In this document: piece by piece, positions 52,656 through 62,057 of the stretch | Position numbering within the stretch: position 1 is the first letter of the stretch | Layout of the letters: each line of letters opens with the position of its first letter | Source: Dehalococcoidia bacterium | Lineage (GTDB): Bacteria; Chloroflexota; Dehalococcoidia; Lucifugimonadales; Australimonadaceae | NCBI GenBank assembly: GCA_965249325.1 | Contig: CBDFLP010000020.1 | Location: 321,428-385,427 of the forward strand | DNA: 64,000 nucleotides | Direction of reading: 5' to 3' | Made by a program: the position numbers and the translations under genes | Notes under the pieces: generated by a model | What the model saw: the letters and a program-made list of their open reading frames with translations, nothing else | The model's database searches: none | What the model was told of the DNA's origin: nothing

Positions 52656-53804
52656 ATGAAGCTCCACGAATACCAGGCCAAGGAGCTCCTAGCCGGTTAT
52701 GGCGTGCCCGTCCCTGAGAGCTACGTCGCTGCGTCAGGCGCCGAGGCTGCTGACGCGACCGTGAAGCTCGGCGGGACGGCCGTTATAAAGGCTCAGGTGC
52801 ATGCCGGCGGGCGCGGAAAGGCTGGCGGCGTGAAGGTAGTCGGCGACCCCGCCGAGGCTGCCAAGTTCGCCGACTCGCTCATCGGCTCGACCCTCGTCAC
52901 CTTCCAGACTGGCCCCCAAGGCGCGTCCGTCCATAAGGTGCTCGTCGAGCAGACGATGAACATTGAGCGCGAGCTCTACCTCAGCATCACCACGGACGGC
53001 GGACGGCGCCGTCCCGTCGTCATCGCATCGGCCTCGGGCGGGATGGAGATTGAGGAAGTCGCCCAGACCGAGCCGGACAAAGTCTTCACCGAGCCCATCG
53101 ACCCCGCGATTGGCTTTCAGCCCTTCCAGGGCCGACGCCTCGCCGAGATGCTCGACCTCCCCCCGGCGCAGACCCGACCCTTCTCCGCTCTCGTCGACGC
53201 TTGCTACCGGGCCTATATGACCCTCGACTCCAGCATGATTGAGATCAACCCCCTCGTCCTCACCAACGACGGAAAGATGCTCGCCCTCGACGCCAAGGTC
53301 AGCATCGATGATGACGCCCTCTTCCGGCACAAGCCCGAGGCCGAGCTGCGCGACGCCTCCCAAGAGGAGGACCTCGAGGTCCAGGCCTCCGAGGCGGGCA
53401 TCGCCTACGTCAAGCTCGACGGCAATGTCGGTTGCATGGTCAACGGCGCCGGCCTGGCCATGGCCACGATGGACACCGTGAAATTCGCCGGCGCCGAGCC
53501 CGCGAACTTCCTTGACGTCGGAGGCGGCGCGGCCGAGCAAAAGATCAGCCACGCCATCCTGCTGATGCTCTCCGACCCCAACGTCGAGAAAGTCCTCGTC
53601 AATATCTTCGGCGGCATCCTCCGATGCGACATCGCCGCGCGCGGCGTTATCGACGCCTACGAGAGGGCGGACCGTCAGCCTCCATTGGTCGTCCGCATGC
53701 TCGGGACCAACGTGGACGAGGGCAAACAGCTCCTCGCCGATTCCGGAATCAAAGCAACCATGGTCGACACGCTTGAAGAAGCTGCGGACGCCATCAAAGC
53801 CTAG
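52656..53804 (+). CDS. sucC: Succinate--CoA ligase subunit beta
   Basis: [20 protein letters not shown].. and [18 protein letters not shown]. Confidence 0.97.
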   Translation: MKLHEYQAKELLAGYGVPVPESYVAASGAEAADATVKLGGTAVIKAQVHAGGRGKAGGVKVVGDPAEAAKFADSLIGSTLVTFQTGPQGASVHKVLVEQTMNIERELYLSITTDGGRRRPVVIASASGGMEIEEVAQTEPDKVFTEPIDPAIGFQPFQGRRLAEMLDLPPAQTRPFSALVDACYRAYMTLDSSMIEINPLVLTNDGKMLALDAKVSIDDDALFRHKPEAELRDASQEEDLEVQASEAGIAYVKLDGNVGCMVNGAGLAMATMDTVKFAGAEPANFLDVGGGAAEQKISHAILLMLSDPNVEKVLVNIFGGILRCDIAARGVIDAYERADRQPPLVVRMLGTNVDEGKQLLADSGIKATMVDTLEEAADAIKA

Positions 53805-53814
53805 CGGAGCGCAT

Positions 53815-54693
53815 ATGAGCATCCTGGTCAACGAAAACACTCGCCTGCTCGTCCAGGGCATCACCGGACGCGAGGGCAGCTTCCACGCCGAGCGCTGCAT
53901 GGCCTACGGCACGAATCTCGTCGCGGGCGTCACCCCTGGTAAGGGCGGCGAGACGTTCCTGGACAAGGTTCCCGTCTTCAACGGCGTCCGGCAAGCTGTC
54001 GACGAGACAGGCGCGAACGTCGCGCTGATCTTCGTCCCGCCGCCCTTCGCAGCCGACGCCATCATCGAGTCGGCCGACGTCGGCGTTCCCCTGGTCGTCT
54101 GCATCACCGAGGGCCTGCCCGTCCGCGATTCGACGATGGTCATGCGCTATCTGGAGGGCAAGCCGACGCGTCTGCTCGGCCCGAACTGCCCCGGCCTCAT
54201 CACCCCCGGCGCCAAGGCAAAGGTCGGCATCATGCCCGGCAACATCCATATGCCCGGCAAAGTCGGCGTCGTCTCCCGCAGCGGCACGCTCACCTACGAG
54301 GCCGTCGACCAGCTCACGAAGCTTGGCATCGGCCAGTCCACGTGCGTGGGCATCGGCGGCGACCCCGTCTCCGGCACCATGTTCGTAGATGTTCTGACCA
54401 TGTTCAACGACGACCCCGAGACTGAGGCTATCGTCATGATTGGCGAGATTGGCGGGACGAAGGAGCAGGAGGCCGCCGCCTTCATAAAGGCGAACGTCAA
54501 GAAGCCCATCGCCTCTCTCATCGTGGGCCAGACCGCTCCCCCAGGCCGCCGCATGGGCCACGCCGGGGCCGTGATCACGGGCAAAGCCGCCCTCGCCTCC
54601 GAGAAGATGAAAGCCCTCGAAGACGCAGGCTGCAGCATCATCCCCACCCCGGCCGCGATCGGGTCGACCGTCAAGGCGATGATTGGCGTTTAG
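53815..54693 (+). CDS. sucD: Succinate--CoA ligase subunit alpha
   Basis: [24 protein letters not shown].. and [10 protein letters not shown] (phospho-His loop). Confidence 0.97.
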   Translation: MSILVNENTRLLVQGITGREGSFHAERCMAYGTNLVAGVTPGKGGETFLDKVPVFNGVRQAVDETGANVALIFVPPPFAADAIIESADVGVPLVVCITEGLPVRDSTMVMRYLEGKPTRLLGPNCPGLITPGAKAKVGIMPGNIHMPGKVGVVSRSGTLTYEAVDQLTKLGIGQSTCVGIGGDPVSGTMFVDVLTMFNDDPETEAIVMIGEIGGTKEQEAAAFIKANVKKPIASLIVGQTAPPGRRMGHAGAVITGKAALASEKMKALEDAGCSIIPTPAAIGSTVKAMIGV

Positions 54694-54841
54694 CCCGCCC
54701 CCCGCCACTGCCCCGAAACACAGTTCGCGCCCTCCAAGCCCGTGCCCTCCCAATGGGTCCGTGGTGAGTCTGTCGAGCCACGCCGCCCGCTACCCCCTGC
54801 ACATCCGTCCCCGCGGACGGGCTGGACGCCGGCCACGAGAA

Positions 54842-54867
54842 AGCGGCCGGGGATTCCCCCGGCCGCT
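54842..54867. terminator. Perfect 11-bp-stem hairpin between convergent sucD and the bicupin gene
   Basis: AGCGGCCGGGG-attc-CCCCGGCCGCT. Confidence 0.6.
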
Positions 54868-54896
54868 GAGTTGCTGAACGTGGAGCGCGGAGCAGG

Positions 54897-56090
54897 CTAG
54901 TCGTAGTCCTGCAGCGTTCCCTTCTTGTTCTCGGGGCCCGCCACGCCCGTGCAGGTGGCGACCAGGTTCTTCATCCGGCATTCCTGGCCGTGCTTGCGCA
55001 GCTCCTCCTCGAAGATCTCGTGGACGCGAGGGTCCTCGTCCTCGTACTCGAGCTGGATGCCGCCCTCCTTGATGCTGACCATGGCGCGGTTCTCCCCTCG
55101 CCGCGTCGGGTCGTTGGCGCCGCGCTCGTAGGTGTACTTGCGCGAGTTCGACGGGCTCATGTTGATGTAGCGCGCCGGCGTCGTGCCTACGTTGAAGTGC
55201 TGGTGGAAGTACTCGCTGTAGGAGTCCTGCGTCGGTAGGTACAAGCTCCCCTCCCCCCAGTCGGCCTTCACCAAGTCGGACATGTCCTCGTTCTTCCACA
55301 CCAGCGCGAAGCCCTCCCCGCCGGTGATGAGCAGGTGCGCGCCGGGGCCGTGGCGGTGCGCCTTCTTGTACGTCCCCACCGGGAACTCCGAGATGTGGGA
55401 CGACACGGTGTTGTCGGACAACGACAGCATGATGTTCGTGCCGCCCGCGCCGCGCTCCGACCAGTCCGGCATCGGCATGTTCTTTGCGTCCGGCAGGAAG
55501 TTCGTCTCCCACACCCGGCCCTTGTACATCATGCCCGAGCCGGAGGCCCATCCCTCTTCCACGTTCAGGCGGTCCGGGAACGTGTAGGGATTGTTCCAGA
55601 TGAAGTCCGGCGTGATGAACTTGCGGATCATGCTCGGTAGATTAGTCACCGACACCATGCGGGTCGGATCGGAGCCGCTGCCGTTGAAGTGCTGGTACGA
55701 CGCGTTCATCGGGATGGAGAAGTAAGCCCCCTTGGCCCACTCGAACGTCTGCTTCTTCGACTCGTCGTACCACACCGAGGTCGCGCCCCGTCCGCTGAGC
55801 ACGTAGATGACCTCGTTGTACATGTGGTGCTCGGGGTTGGTCTTGCCTGCGGGCGCGATCTCCAAGACGTGCTCGTCGGTCCCCTCGTCGCCGTCGAGAT
55901 AGACCACCGCCCCATTGCAGCCCTTGCGGGGCCAGTAGTCCAGCTCCAGCGTGAGGAGGCTCTTGACGTAGAGGCCTCCGTGGAGTTTGGCTCCTTCGTC
56001 CTTCTGCCACTCCTCGTAGGTGTCGATGCGCTCGAAAGCCTGCAGTGCCGACGGGTCGTAGCTTTGCACGACAATCTCTTTGTTCGTCAT
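54897..56090 (-). CDS. Bicupin-fold protein (putative metal-dependent dioxygenase or isomerase)
   Basis: Two cupin-like segments: ..PEHHMYNEVIYVLSGRG.. and ..KKAHRHGPGAHLLITGGEG..YFHQHFN. The specific function was not recognised. Confidence 0.55.
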   Translation of the reverse strand: MTNKEIVVQSYDPSALQAFERIDTYEEWQKDEGAKLHGGLYVKSLLTLELDYWPRKGCNGAVVYLDGDEGTDEHVLEIAPAGKTNPEHHMYNEVIYVLSGRGATSVWYDESKKQTFEWAKGAYFSIPMNASYQHFNGSGSDPTRMVSVTNLPSMIRKFITPDFIWNNPYTFPDRLNVEEGWASGSGMMYKGRVWETNFLPDAKNMPMPDWSERGAGGTNIMLSLSDNTVSSHISEFPVGTYKKAHRHGPGAHLLITGGEGFALVWKNEDMSDLVKADWGEGSLYLPTQDSYSEYFHQHFNVGTTPARYINMSPSNSRKYTYERGANDPTRRGENRAMVSIKEGGIQLEYEDEDPRVHEIFEEELRKHGQECRMKNLVATCTGVAGPENKKGTLQDYD

Positions 56091-56400
56091 CTTGCTCCTC
56101 CTTCGCTGTGTTTCCGGCGCGCCGCCGGGCCGCGTTGCGCGGCACCCCCGACACTATCCCCGCGCGCCCCGCGCGTCAAGGAATCCCCGCTCGCGTCAGC
56201 GGGGGCGCCGCGCGGCTGCGGGTGTCTCGCCGTGTCCAGGATGATTTCACCTCCCGCACTCGTAACCTTCCCCGGTCCTCCGAGTGCGCGGGGGCGCCTT
56301 GACGCTGTAGGTGAGACATTGTGAGCCAAGTTGGGCCATTTACCAGTAGGCGCGAGGCTCCCCCACAGGCGAGCAGACCCAACGACCGGTGTAGGGCAGC

Positions 56401-56815
56401 AGGAAAGTTGGGGTGAGGCGGGAAGTTGTCGGTTTGTGCGGAAAAACTTGTCGACCGCATTTTTGTTAGGCGTGAAAAAGTTGTCGGCTGCATTTTCGCC
56501 AGGCGTGAGAAGTTGTTGGTTTGCATATTGGTTTACGAGTAAAAAGTTGTTGAAAGCGGGGGTCGAGACGGGGGTTTTGGAGGGTGTTTTTGTGGCCGCG
56601 GCCTGCTTCCCGGGTCTCAGAACTTGTTGATTCGAAATTCTGTTGTTACGCGAGGCGCGTGGGGTCGGCGGCGTAGTGGGCACAAGGGAGGTTGCCGCAT
56701 TCGGAGGGCGCGGGCACCGGGGAGGAGGCAGTTCTCGGCTTGAGGCAGGGCATAGAGGGGCTAATTTTACGAGGGTCGGGAGTTTGGGGTAAGGGGCAAA
56801 TGTCGCAGTGGGCTG
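56401..56815 (+). repeat. Non-coding module copy D with exact 33-bp tandem sub-repeats (core AAGTTGTCG/AAGTTGTTG) plus the scaffold shared with 24401-24770
   Basis: Units at 56442-56474, 56475-56507 and 56508-56540, with the next starting at 56541. Scaffold strings are shared with copy C. Confidence 0.85.
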
Positions 56816-56879
56816 TCCTCCCCCCCGTCCGCGGGGGGAGAGCGGCCTTGCTCCAAAAGCCTCCTCATCACGCGACCTT

Positions 56880-56948
56880 CGCGGGAACGACGGAGGGGAG
56901 GGCGCGGGAACGACGGAGGGGAGGGCGCGGGAACGACGGAGGGGTAGG
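56880..56948 (+). repeat. 23-bp tandem repeat x3 of a REP half-module
   Basis: CGCGGGAACGACGGAGGGGAGGG at 56880-56902, 56903-56925 and 56926-56948 (the last with one change). Confidence 0.9.
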
Positions 56949-57022
56949 GGAGACCTGCTAAACTCCCGCCCACGTTGATAGAGACCCTCTGTGTAACTAC
57001 CCCAGCGTCAAGGATTCGCGGC

Positions 57023-57050
57023 GAGGTTCCCGCCTACGCGGGAATGACGG
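57023..57050 (+). repeat. REP-type hairpin module
   Basis: GAGGTTCCCGCCTACGCGGGAATGACGG (stem TTCCCGC/GCGGGAA). Confidence 0.85.
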
Positions 57051-57074
57051 AAGGGGTTGTGCAAGGTCTCGGTT

Positions 57075-59180
57075 ATGCGGAGGTCGGCCTTGCCCCCTGA
57101 GCTGAACGGACGCCTCGACTTCTGGAATATCGGCTACCCCTTGGGAGCGGTCGTCTATCTCGTCGGCGTCATCTCGCTTGCGGCTGTCGCCTGGGCGCTC
57201 TGGCGGCGGTCGCGGTACTGGCGGCTTGGGAAACCCAACCCGGACGTCGGCCCTTGGGGCGCGAGGCTCAGGGCCGCTCTCAGTACGCTGCTCACCGACG
57301 CCGCCGGTCACCGGCGGTTTGCGCAGCATGAGCGCTACCCCGGCGCGATGCACTTCCTCATCTTCTGGGGTATGGCCATCCTCTTCATCGCGACGAGCCT
57401 CGACGCCGTGGAATTCAACGCCGAGAAGTGGTTTGGCTGGCATCTGGCGAGCCGCCGCATCGGAGTGCAACTGGAGCTCGTCTGGGACATCGGCGGCCTG
57501 ATGCTCATCTCGGGGGTCGCGCTCGCCGCCTACCGCCGCTACGTCGTCAGACCGCCCCGTCTGAACACGATGCTGGAGAACGGCGTGCTCCTCGTCCTAC
57601 TCCTGAGCATGGCCCTTTCCGGTTTCGTGCTGCAGTCTCTGCGGATGGCCGCCACCGAGCTCGAGCCGGCGAGCGATCTCTACAGCGTGTCGTCTGCTTA
57701 CTGGTCGCCCTTCTCATACGTCATCGCTCAAGGCATCCGGGCCGTGGGCGCCACCGTCTACGGCATGGAGGTCTCGCACTTCGTCCTCTGGTGGGCCCAC
57801 GCCGCGCTCATGTCGGCCACGTTCGTCTACGCCGCATGGCGGTTTGGTCCCCTCATGCACATCTTCGTGAGTCCCATCAATCTTGTGATGCGCTCCTCGG
57901 TCACCCGACCCAAGGGCGCCCTCCGGTCCATGGGCGACCTCGATACGCTGGAGGTCTTCGGCGCGCGTGAGCTCACCCAGCTCACTTCCAAGCAGCTGCT
58001 CGACTACGACTCCTGCACGAACTGCGGACGCTGTCAGGACCAGTGCCCCGCATGGCGCAGCGGCAAGCCTCTCTCGCCGAGGAAGCTCGTGCAGGATGCG
58101 AAGGCCTACATGGTCTCCCGCGCTCCGATCCTCCTCGCCGAGGGCCCCGACGCTCCGCCTCCGGAGCCGGAGGGCGACCTCGTTCACGGCTTCATCAGCC
58201 CCGAGGTCCTCTGGTCCTGCACGACCTGCCGCGCCTGCATGGAGGCCTGCCCCGCATTCGTCGAGCACATCGACTCCATCGTCGACATGCGCCGCTACCT
58301 CACAATGGAGGAGGCCGACGTTCCCGAGACCGCGATGGGCGCCCTCAACTCGATGGAGCAGCGCGGCCATCCCTGGCGCGGCACCCAGGCCATGCGGACC
58401 GACTGGATGGAGGGGACCGAAGCCGTCGCCATGGCCGACGACCCCGACAACGAGCTGCTGCTCTGGGTCGGCTGCACCTCGGCGCTCGACGGGCGCGGCC
58501 AGCAGACGGCGCGGGCTATGGCGTCCGTGCTCAAGCTGGCCGGGGTGAAGTACCGCGTGCTCGGAAGCGAGGAGACCTGCACGGGCGACCCGGCCCGCCG
58601 CCTCGGCAACGAGTACCTCTTTCAGATGATGGCCGAGCAGAACATCGAGACGATGAAGGGCTACGAGGTGCGGAAGGTCGTCACCCTCTGCCCCCACTGC
58701 TTCAACACGATCAAGAACGAGTACCCGCAGCTAGGCGGCGATTTCGAGGTGGTCCACTACACCGAGCTCGTCGCCCAGCTTCTCCGCGAGAACCGCATCC
58801 GGCCCAAGAAGGCCGTCCCCATCTCCGTCGCCTACCATGACTCTTGTTACCTGGGTCGGCACAACGACATCTACGACCCGCCGCGAGAGATTGCCCGCGC
58901 CATTCCCGGCCTTGATCTCGTCGAGATGGGTGAGGGTAAGTGCCGCGAGCGAGGCTTCTGCTGCGGCGCTGGCGGCGGGCGCATGTGGATGGAAGAGCAG
59001 GGCGTCCGCGTCAACCACATCCGCACCGACCACTTCCTGGAGACCGAAGCCGACGTCGTGGGCGTCTCCTGCCCATTCTGCCTCCAGATGATGGAAGAAG
59101 GCATCACCGCCAAAGGCGCCGCCGACCACAAGGCCGCCAAAGACCTGCTGGAGCTCCTGGCGGAGTCGCTGGGGGAGTAG
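57075..59180 (+). CDS. Membrane-anchored Fe-S oxidoreductase: a NarI/DsrM-like polytopic N-domain fused to an HdrD/DsrK-like domain (2x[4Fe-4S] plus two CCG motifs)
   Basis: CTNCGRCQDQCP, CTTCRACMEACP, CCG-type cysteines (CPHCFNT.., YHDSCYLGRH.., FCCGAGGG.., SCPFCLQM). An alternative TTG start at 57057 lies in repeat DNA. Confidence 0.8.
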   Translation: MRRSALPPELNGRLDFWNIGYPLGAVVYLVGVISLAAVAWALWRRSRYWRLGKPNPDVGPWGARLRAALSTLLTDAAGHRRFAQHERYPGAMHFLIFWGMAILFIATSLDAVEFNAEKWFGWHLASRRIGVQLELVWDIGGLMLISGVALAAYRRYVVRPPRLNTMLENGVLLVLLLSMALSGFVLQSLRMAATELEPASDLYSVSSAYWSPFSYVIAQGIRAVGATVYGMEVSHFVLWWAHAALMSATFVYAAWRFGPLMHIFVSPINLVMRSSVTRPKGALRSMGDLDTLEVFGARELTQLTSKQLLDYDSCTNCGRCQDQCPAWRSGKPLSPRKLVQDAKAYMVSRAPILLAEGPDAPPPEPEGDLVHGFISPEVLWSCTTCRACMEACPAFVEHIDSIVDMRRYLTMEEADVPETAMGALNSMEQRGHPWRGTQAMRTDWMEGTEAVAMADDPDNELLLWVGCTSALDGRGQQTARAMASVLKLAGVKYRVLGSEETCTGDPARRLGNEYLFQMMAEQNIETMKGYEVRKVVTLCPHCFNTIKNEYPQLGGDFEVVHYTELVAQLLRENRIRPKKAVPISVAYHDSCYLGRHNDIYDPPREIARAIPGLDLVEMGEGKCRERGFCCGAGGGRMWMEEQGVRVNHIRTDHFLETEADVVGVSCPFCLQMMEEGITAKGAADHKAAKDLLELLAESLGE

Positions 59181-59205
59181 GCGCGCGGGATGACAGAGAG
59201 GGGAC

Positions 59206-59233
59206 GAGGTTCCCGCCTGCGCGGGAGTGACGG
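59206..59233 (+). repeat. REP-type hairpin module between convergent genes
   Basis: GAGGTTCCCGCCTGCGCGGGAGTGACGG, preceded by the half-copy CGCGGGATGACAG. Confidence 0.85.
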
Positions 59234-59242
59234 GGGTGGGGG

Positions 59243-59575
59243 TTAGGAGGCGGCGTCGAGGCGGGAGATGTCGGCTTGGGCTTGGACGAGGCCGTCGAGG
59301 ATCTCGCGGTGGTGAGCGATCTGGGCTTCGACGGTCTGCACCCACGCTTGGTGCGCTCGGCGCTGGTCGGCCGACTCGGCGCGTATGGTCTCTATCCGCT
59401 GGTTCGTTTGGGCTAGCTCGTCCTCGGTAGCAGCTATGCGCGTATTGAGGTCGGCGTCTACGCGCAGGAGCCATTCCTCGTAGGCTTTGTGCTCAGCGTC
59501 CATGGCTTGCATCATCTCGGTGAGACGCTGCACGTGGGCGGCGAGGGACCGGCCCGGGTCGGGGGAAGAGGTCAT
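59243..59575 (-). CDS. Hypothetical coiled-coil protein
   Basis: 110 aa of heptad-like helical sequence, downstream of the TPR gene on the same strand. Confidence 0.5.
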   Translation of the reverse strand: MTSSPDPGRSLAAHVQRLTEMMQAMDAEHKAYEEWLLRVDADLNTRIAATEDELAQTNQRIETIRAESADQRRAHQAWVQTVEAQIAHHREILDGLVQAQADISRLDAAS

Positions 59576-59635
59576 GCGGGGTTGCTCCTAGGGTGGTGAG
59601 GAGTATAGAGCCCGCTCCGGGGGGTTGTCGTGGGC

Positions 59636-60487
59636 CTATAGCGGCGGCTCGTCCTCCTCGATCAGCTCGGGCAGCAGCAGGTCGTCGAACAGTCCGCTAT
59701 CGAGCGCCGCCCCGACGCCCACCAGCTCCAACGCCTGCGACTCCTCCTCGCTGAAGACCGGAGGAGCCTCGGCGACAGGTAGTTCATTCTCCGTCCACTC
59801 CGGCGCGGGCGCCTCTTCGGCAGGCTCCGGCTCGGAAGCTAAGGCGGGCGGGAAGGAGACCTTCGACCGCTGGCTCGGGTCCTGGTGCGCCTCGCGAAGA
59901 ACCACCCGCACTGCGCCGTTCGTCAGACCGGACACTGCGCCGTCGTATCGGTTGCCGCCCTCCATGAGGGCGATGAGCCGGTGCGCCAGTTTGGGCGGCG
60001 TCAGTCCGAGGCAGACGCCCGCGGCGTCGAACACCGCAAGGGTCGAGCCGTTGCGCTCCAGCGACACCGGCGTGCCGGGCGACGGATGGCCCGCGCGGTC
60101 GGAGGCCAGCAGGACGACCTCCGCGCTCTTCCCGCTGTCGCCGGTGAACATCTTGACGCTGAGGCCCGGAAGCCCATTCGAATGACCGTTGGCGGAGGGC
60201 CCCTTCTCGGCCGCCCAGTTGAGCCGCGCGACGTGCTTGGCCGCGATGGGGTTATCCGGCTCCATCTCCAGCGCCAGCGCGAACGTTTGGAGCGCGTCCT
60301 CCATGTGGCCGAGCTCGATCAGCGCCTTGCCGAGCCGGTTCAAGGCCTGGACGCTATCGGGGCACGCTTCGAGAATCTCCCGGTTGAGCTGCGCCGCCTC
60401 TTCCCACCTGCCTTCCATGGCGAGGCTGATCGACGTGCGCGTCCGCTCCTTCAGCAACCTGACGTGGTCCGCTTCGCGGTAAACCAT
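59636..60487 (-). CDS. TPR-repeat protein with an acidic C-terminal tail
   Basis: Start set at MVYREADHV (60487). TPR-like WEEAAQLNREILEACPDSVQALNRLGKALIELGHMEDALQTFALALEMEPDN. Confidence 0.6.
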   Translation of the reverse strand: MVYREADHVRLLKERTRTSISLAMEGRWEEAAQLNREILEACPDSVQALNRLGKALIELGHMEDALQTFALALEMEPDNPIAAKHVARLNWAAEKGPSANGHSNGLPGLSVKMFTGDSGKSAEVVLLASDRAGHPSPGTPVSLERNGSTLAVFDAAGVCLGLTPPKLAHRLIALMEGGNRYDGAVSGLTNGAVRVVLREAHQDPSQRSKVSFPPALASEPEPAEEAPAPEWTENELPVAEAPPVFSEEESQALELVGVGAALDSGLFDDLLLPELIEEDEPPL

Positions 60488-60540
60488 CTCCACACTCCGC
60501 TCGACAGCGCACTTACCCCCTTTCGTGACGGCGGTCTGTT

Positions 60541-61053
60541 TTAGATTGTTCGGTCTCCGAGCAAGGCCCGGTGCTCGATTGCCGTGCACTTGTCCATCAC
60601 GACGTCGAGCCCTGCTGCCCTTGCCTTTGCGGCGGCCTCCTCGTGGATAATCCCCAGCTGCATCCACACTGCGGAGGTGCCGATTTCGATGGCCGCTTCT
60701 ACGACGGGCGGCACATCTACCGGTCTCCTGAATATGTCGACGAGGTCGACGTGCTCTTCTACGTCCTCCAGTCTGCGGTACGGCGCCTCGCCGAGCACCG
60801 GCCCGGTCAGCGCGGGGTTCACCGGAATCACCCGGTACCCCTGCGCTTGCAGATACCGCGCCACCCCGTAAGATGGCCGGTCCGGCCTGTCCGACAGCCC
60901 CACCACCGCAATCACCTTGCTCTTGGTCAGTATCTCTTCGACCGTCGCCAAGGCTGTTCTCCTGGATGGCGCTTCGGTTGGGACGCTAGATTGGCGTAGC
61001 CGGGGCATACCGTCAAGCAGGTTCCCGCGGGTTTGCGGCGAGATTTCGCGCAT
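60541..61053 (-). CDS. CoA-binding domain protein (YccU/YneT-like). The start is uncertain; ATG 61008 is also possible.
   Basis: KVIAVVGLSDRPDRPSYGVARYLQAQGYRVIPVNP. Confidence 0.8.
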   Translation of the reverse strand: MREISPQTRGNLLDGMPRLRQSSVPTEAPSRRTALATVEEILTKSKVIAVVGLSDRPDRPSYGVARYLQAQGYRVIPVNPALTGPVLGEAPYRRLEDVEEHVDLVDIFRRPVDVPPVVEAAIEIGTSAVWMQLGIIHEEAAAKARAAGLDVVMDKCTAIEHRALLGDRTI

Positions 61054-61160
61054 CCCGTCGGCGCCCTCGAAGCAGGCCGCGGCGGGGCGGAGGCGCCCAG
61101 GCCGGAGAAGCGCGGGAGAGGCATCGGGAGAACGTCCAGCAACTGCCCAGCGCGGGACGC

Positions 61161-61196
61161 GCGCTCGAATGCGCTCGAATGCGCTCGAATGCGCTT
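61161..61196. repeat. 10-bp tandem repeat GCGCTCGAAT x3 plus a partial fourth unit
   Basis: Exact copies at 61161-61170, 61171-61180 and 61181-61190, then GCGCTT. Confidence 0.9.
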
Positions 61197-61244
61197 GCCC
61201 TATCGCAGGCGGCTCCCTGCGCCGCTCCCTGGAGGGCCAATCCC

Positions 61245-61961
61245 CTACGCCAACAGCTCCGAAATCGTCCGCACCGCGCTATCCGGCGTTGTTGGACTGC
61301 TCTCCGGCAAGCCGCTGCCCTTCCAGTCAACCCACACCGCGTGTATGCCCAGGGACTGAGCGCCGGCGATGTCGGCATGCAAGTTGTCGCCCACCATCAT
61401 GGCCTCCGACGGCTGTACCGCCAGCTGCTCCATGGCGTGCCGGTATACCCGGGGGTCCGGCTTGCCCACGCCAAACTCGTCTTCGATGATGATGCAGTCG
61501 AAGAAGCGCTCTAGCCCGAAGCGGTCGATCTTGGGCCGCTGGAATCTGGAGGCGCCGTTGGTGATGAGCACCATCCCCTTCCCCATCCCGCGAAGACGTT
61601 GCAAGGTTTCCATGGCGCCGGGGTACGGCTCTACCGACGCTTCCTGAATGTCGCCGTAAGCGTCGGCAATCTCATTGGCTGTCTCCCCGGCATCAACGCC
61701 CAGGTGAGAAAAGGCCAGCGCAACCATCTCACGCCGGGCTGCCGCCAGGTCCGAGCGTCCCCGCTGGTCGCGCGCCGGGTCGCTCCAGAACCACGAGCAC
61801 ATTGCGCTCACGGTCTCCCTGAACTGTTGAACGTGCAGGCCGTCGAACCGGTACGCGAACTTGGTGAAGGCCCTCTCCCAGCTCTTCGGAGAGATGCTGT
61901 CGTAAGCCAGGATGGTGTTGTCCATGTCGAAGAAGATGGCCTTGGGCAACTGGATGCTCAT
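61245..61961 (-). CDS. HAD-superfamily hydrolase
   Basis: Motif I AIFFDMDNTIL, with MVLITNG and VGDN..DI motifs. Confidence 0.85.
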   Translation of the reverse strand: MSIQLPKAIFFDMDNTILAYDSISPKSWERAFTKFAYRFDGLHVQQFRETVSAMCSWFWSDPARDQRGRSDLAAARREMVALAFSHLGVDAGETANEIADAYGDIQEASVEPYPGAMETLQRLRGMGKGMVLITNGASRFQRPKIDRFGLERFFDCIIIEDEFGVGKPDPRVYRHAMEQLAVQPSEAMMVGDNLHADIAGAQSLGIHAVWVDWKGSGLPESSPTTPDSAVRTISELLA

Positions 61962-62036
61962 GGTTTCTCCTCACCTCCACGTCCAGAGCTGGGGTGAATA
62001 CGTCCTCTCACGCCTGCGGAGGACGACCGAAGGGAA

Positions 62037-62053
62037 CGCCCCTGACGGGGGCG
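62037..62053 (-). terminator. Short hairpin immediately after the lysC stop
   Basis: On the minus strand: CGCCCC-cgtca-GGGGCG followed by TTCCCTT. Confidence 0.45.
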
Positions 62054-62057
62054 GCGC

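Noticed and set aside
56401-56640. CRISPR array interpretation of the 33-bp periodic repeats
   Set aside because: The units are contiguous tandem repeats with no unique spacers. There are only 3-4 units and no cas genes, and the conserved part is distributed across the whole unit.
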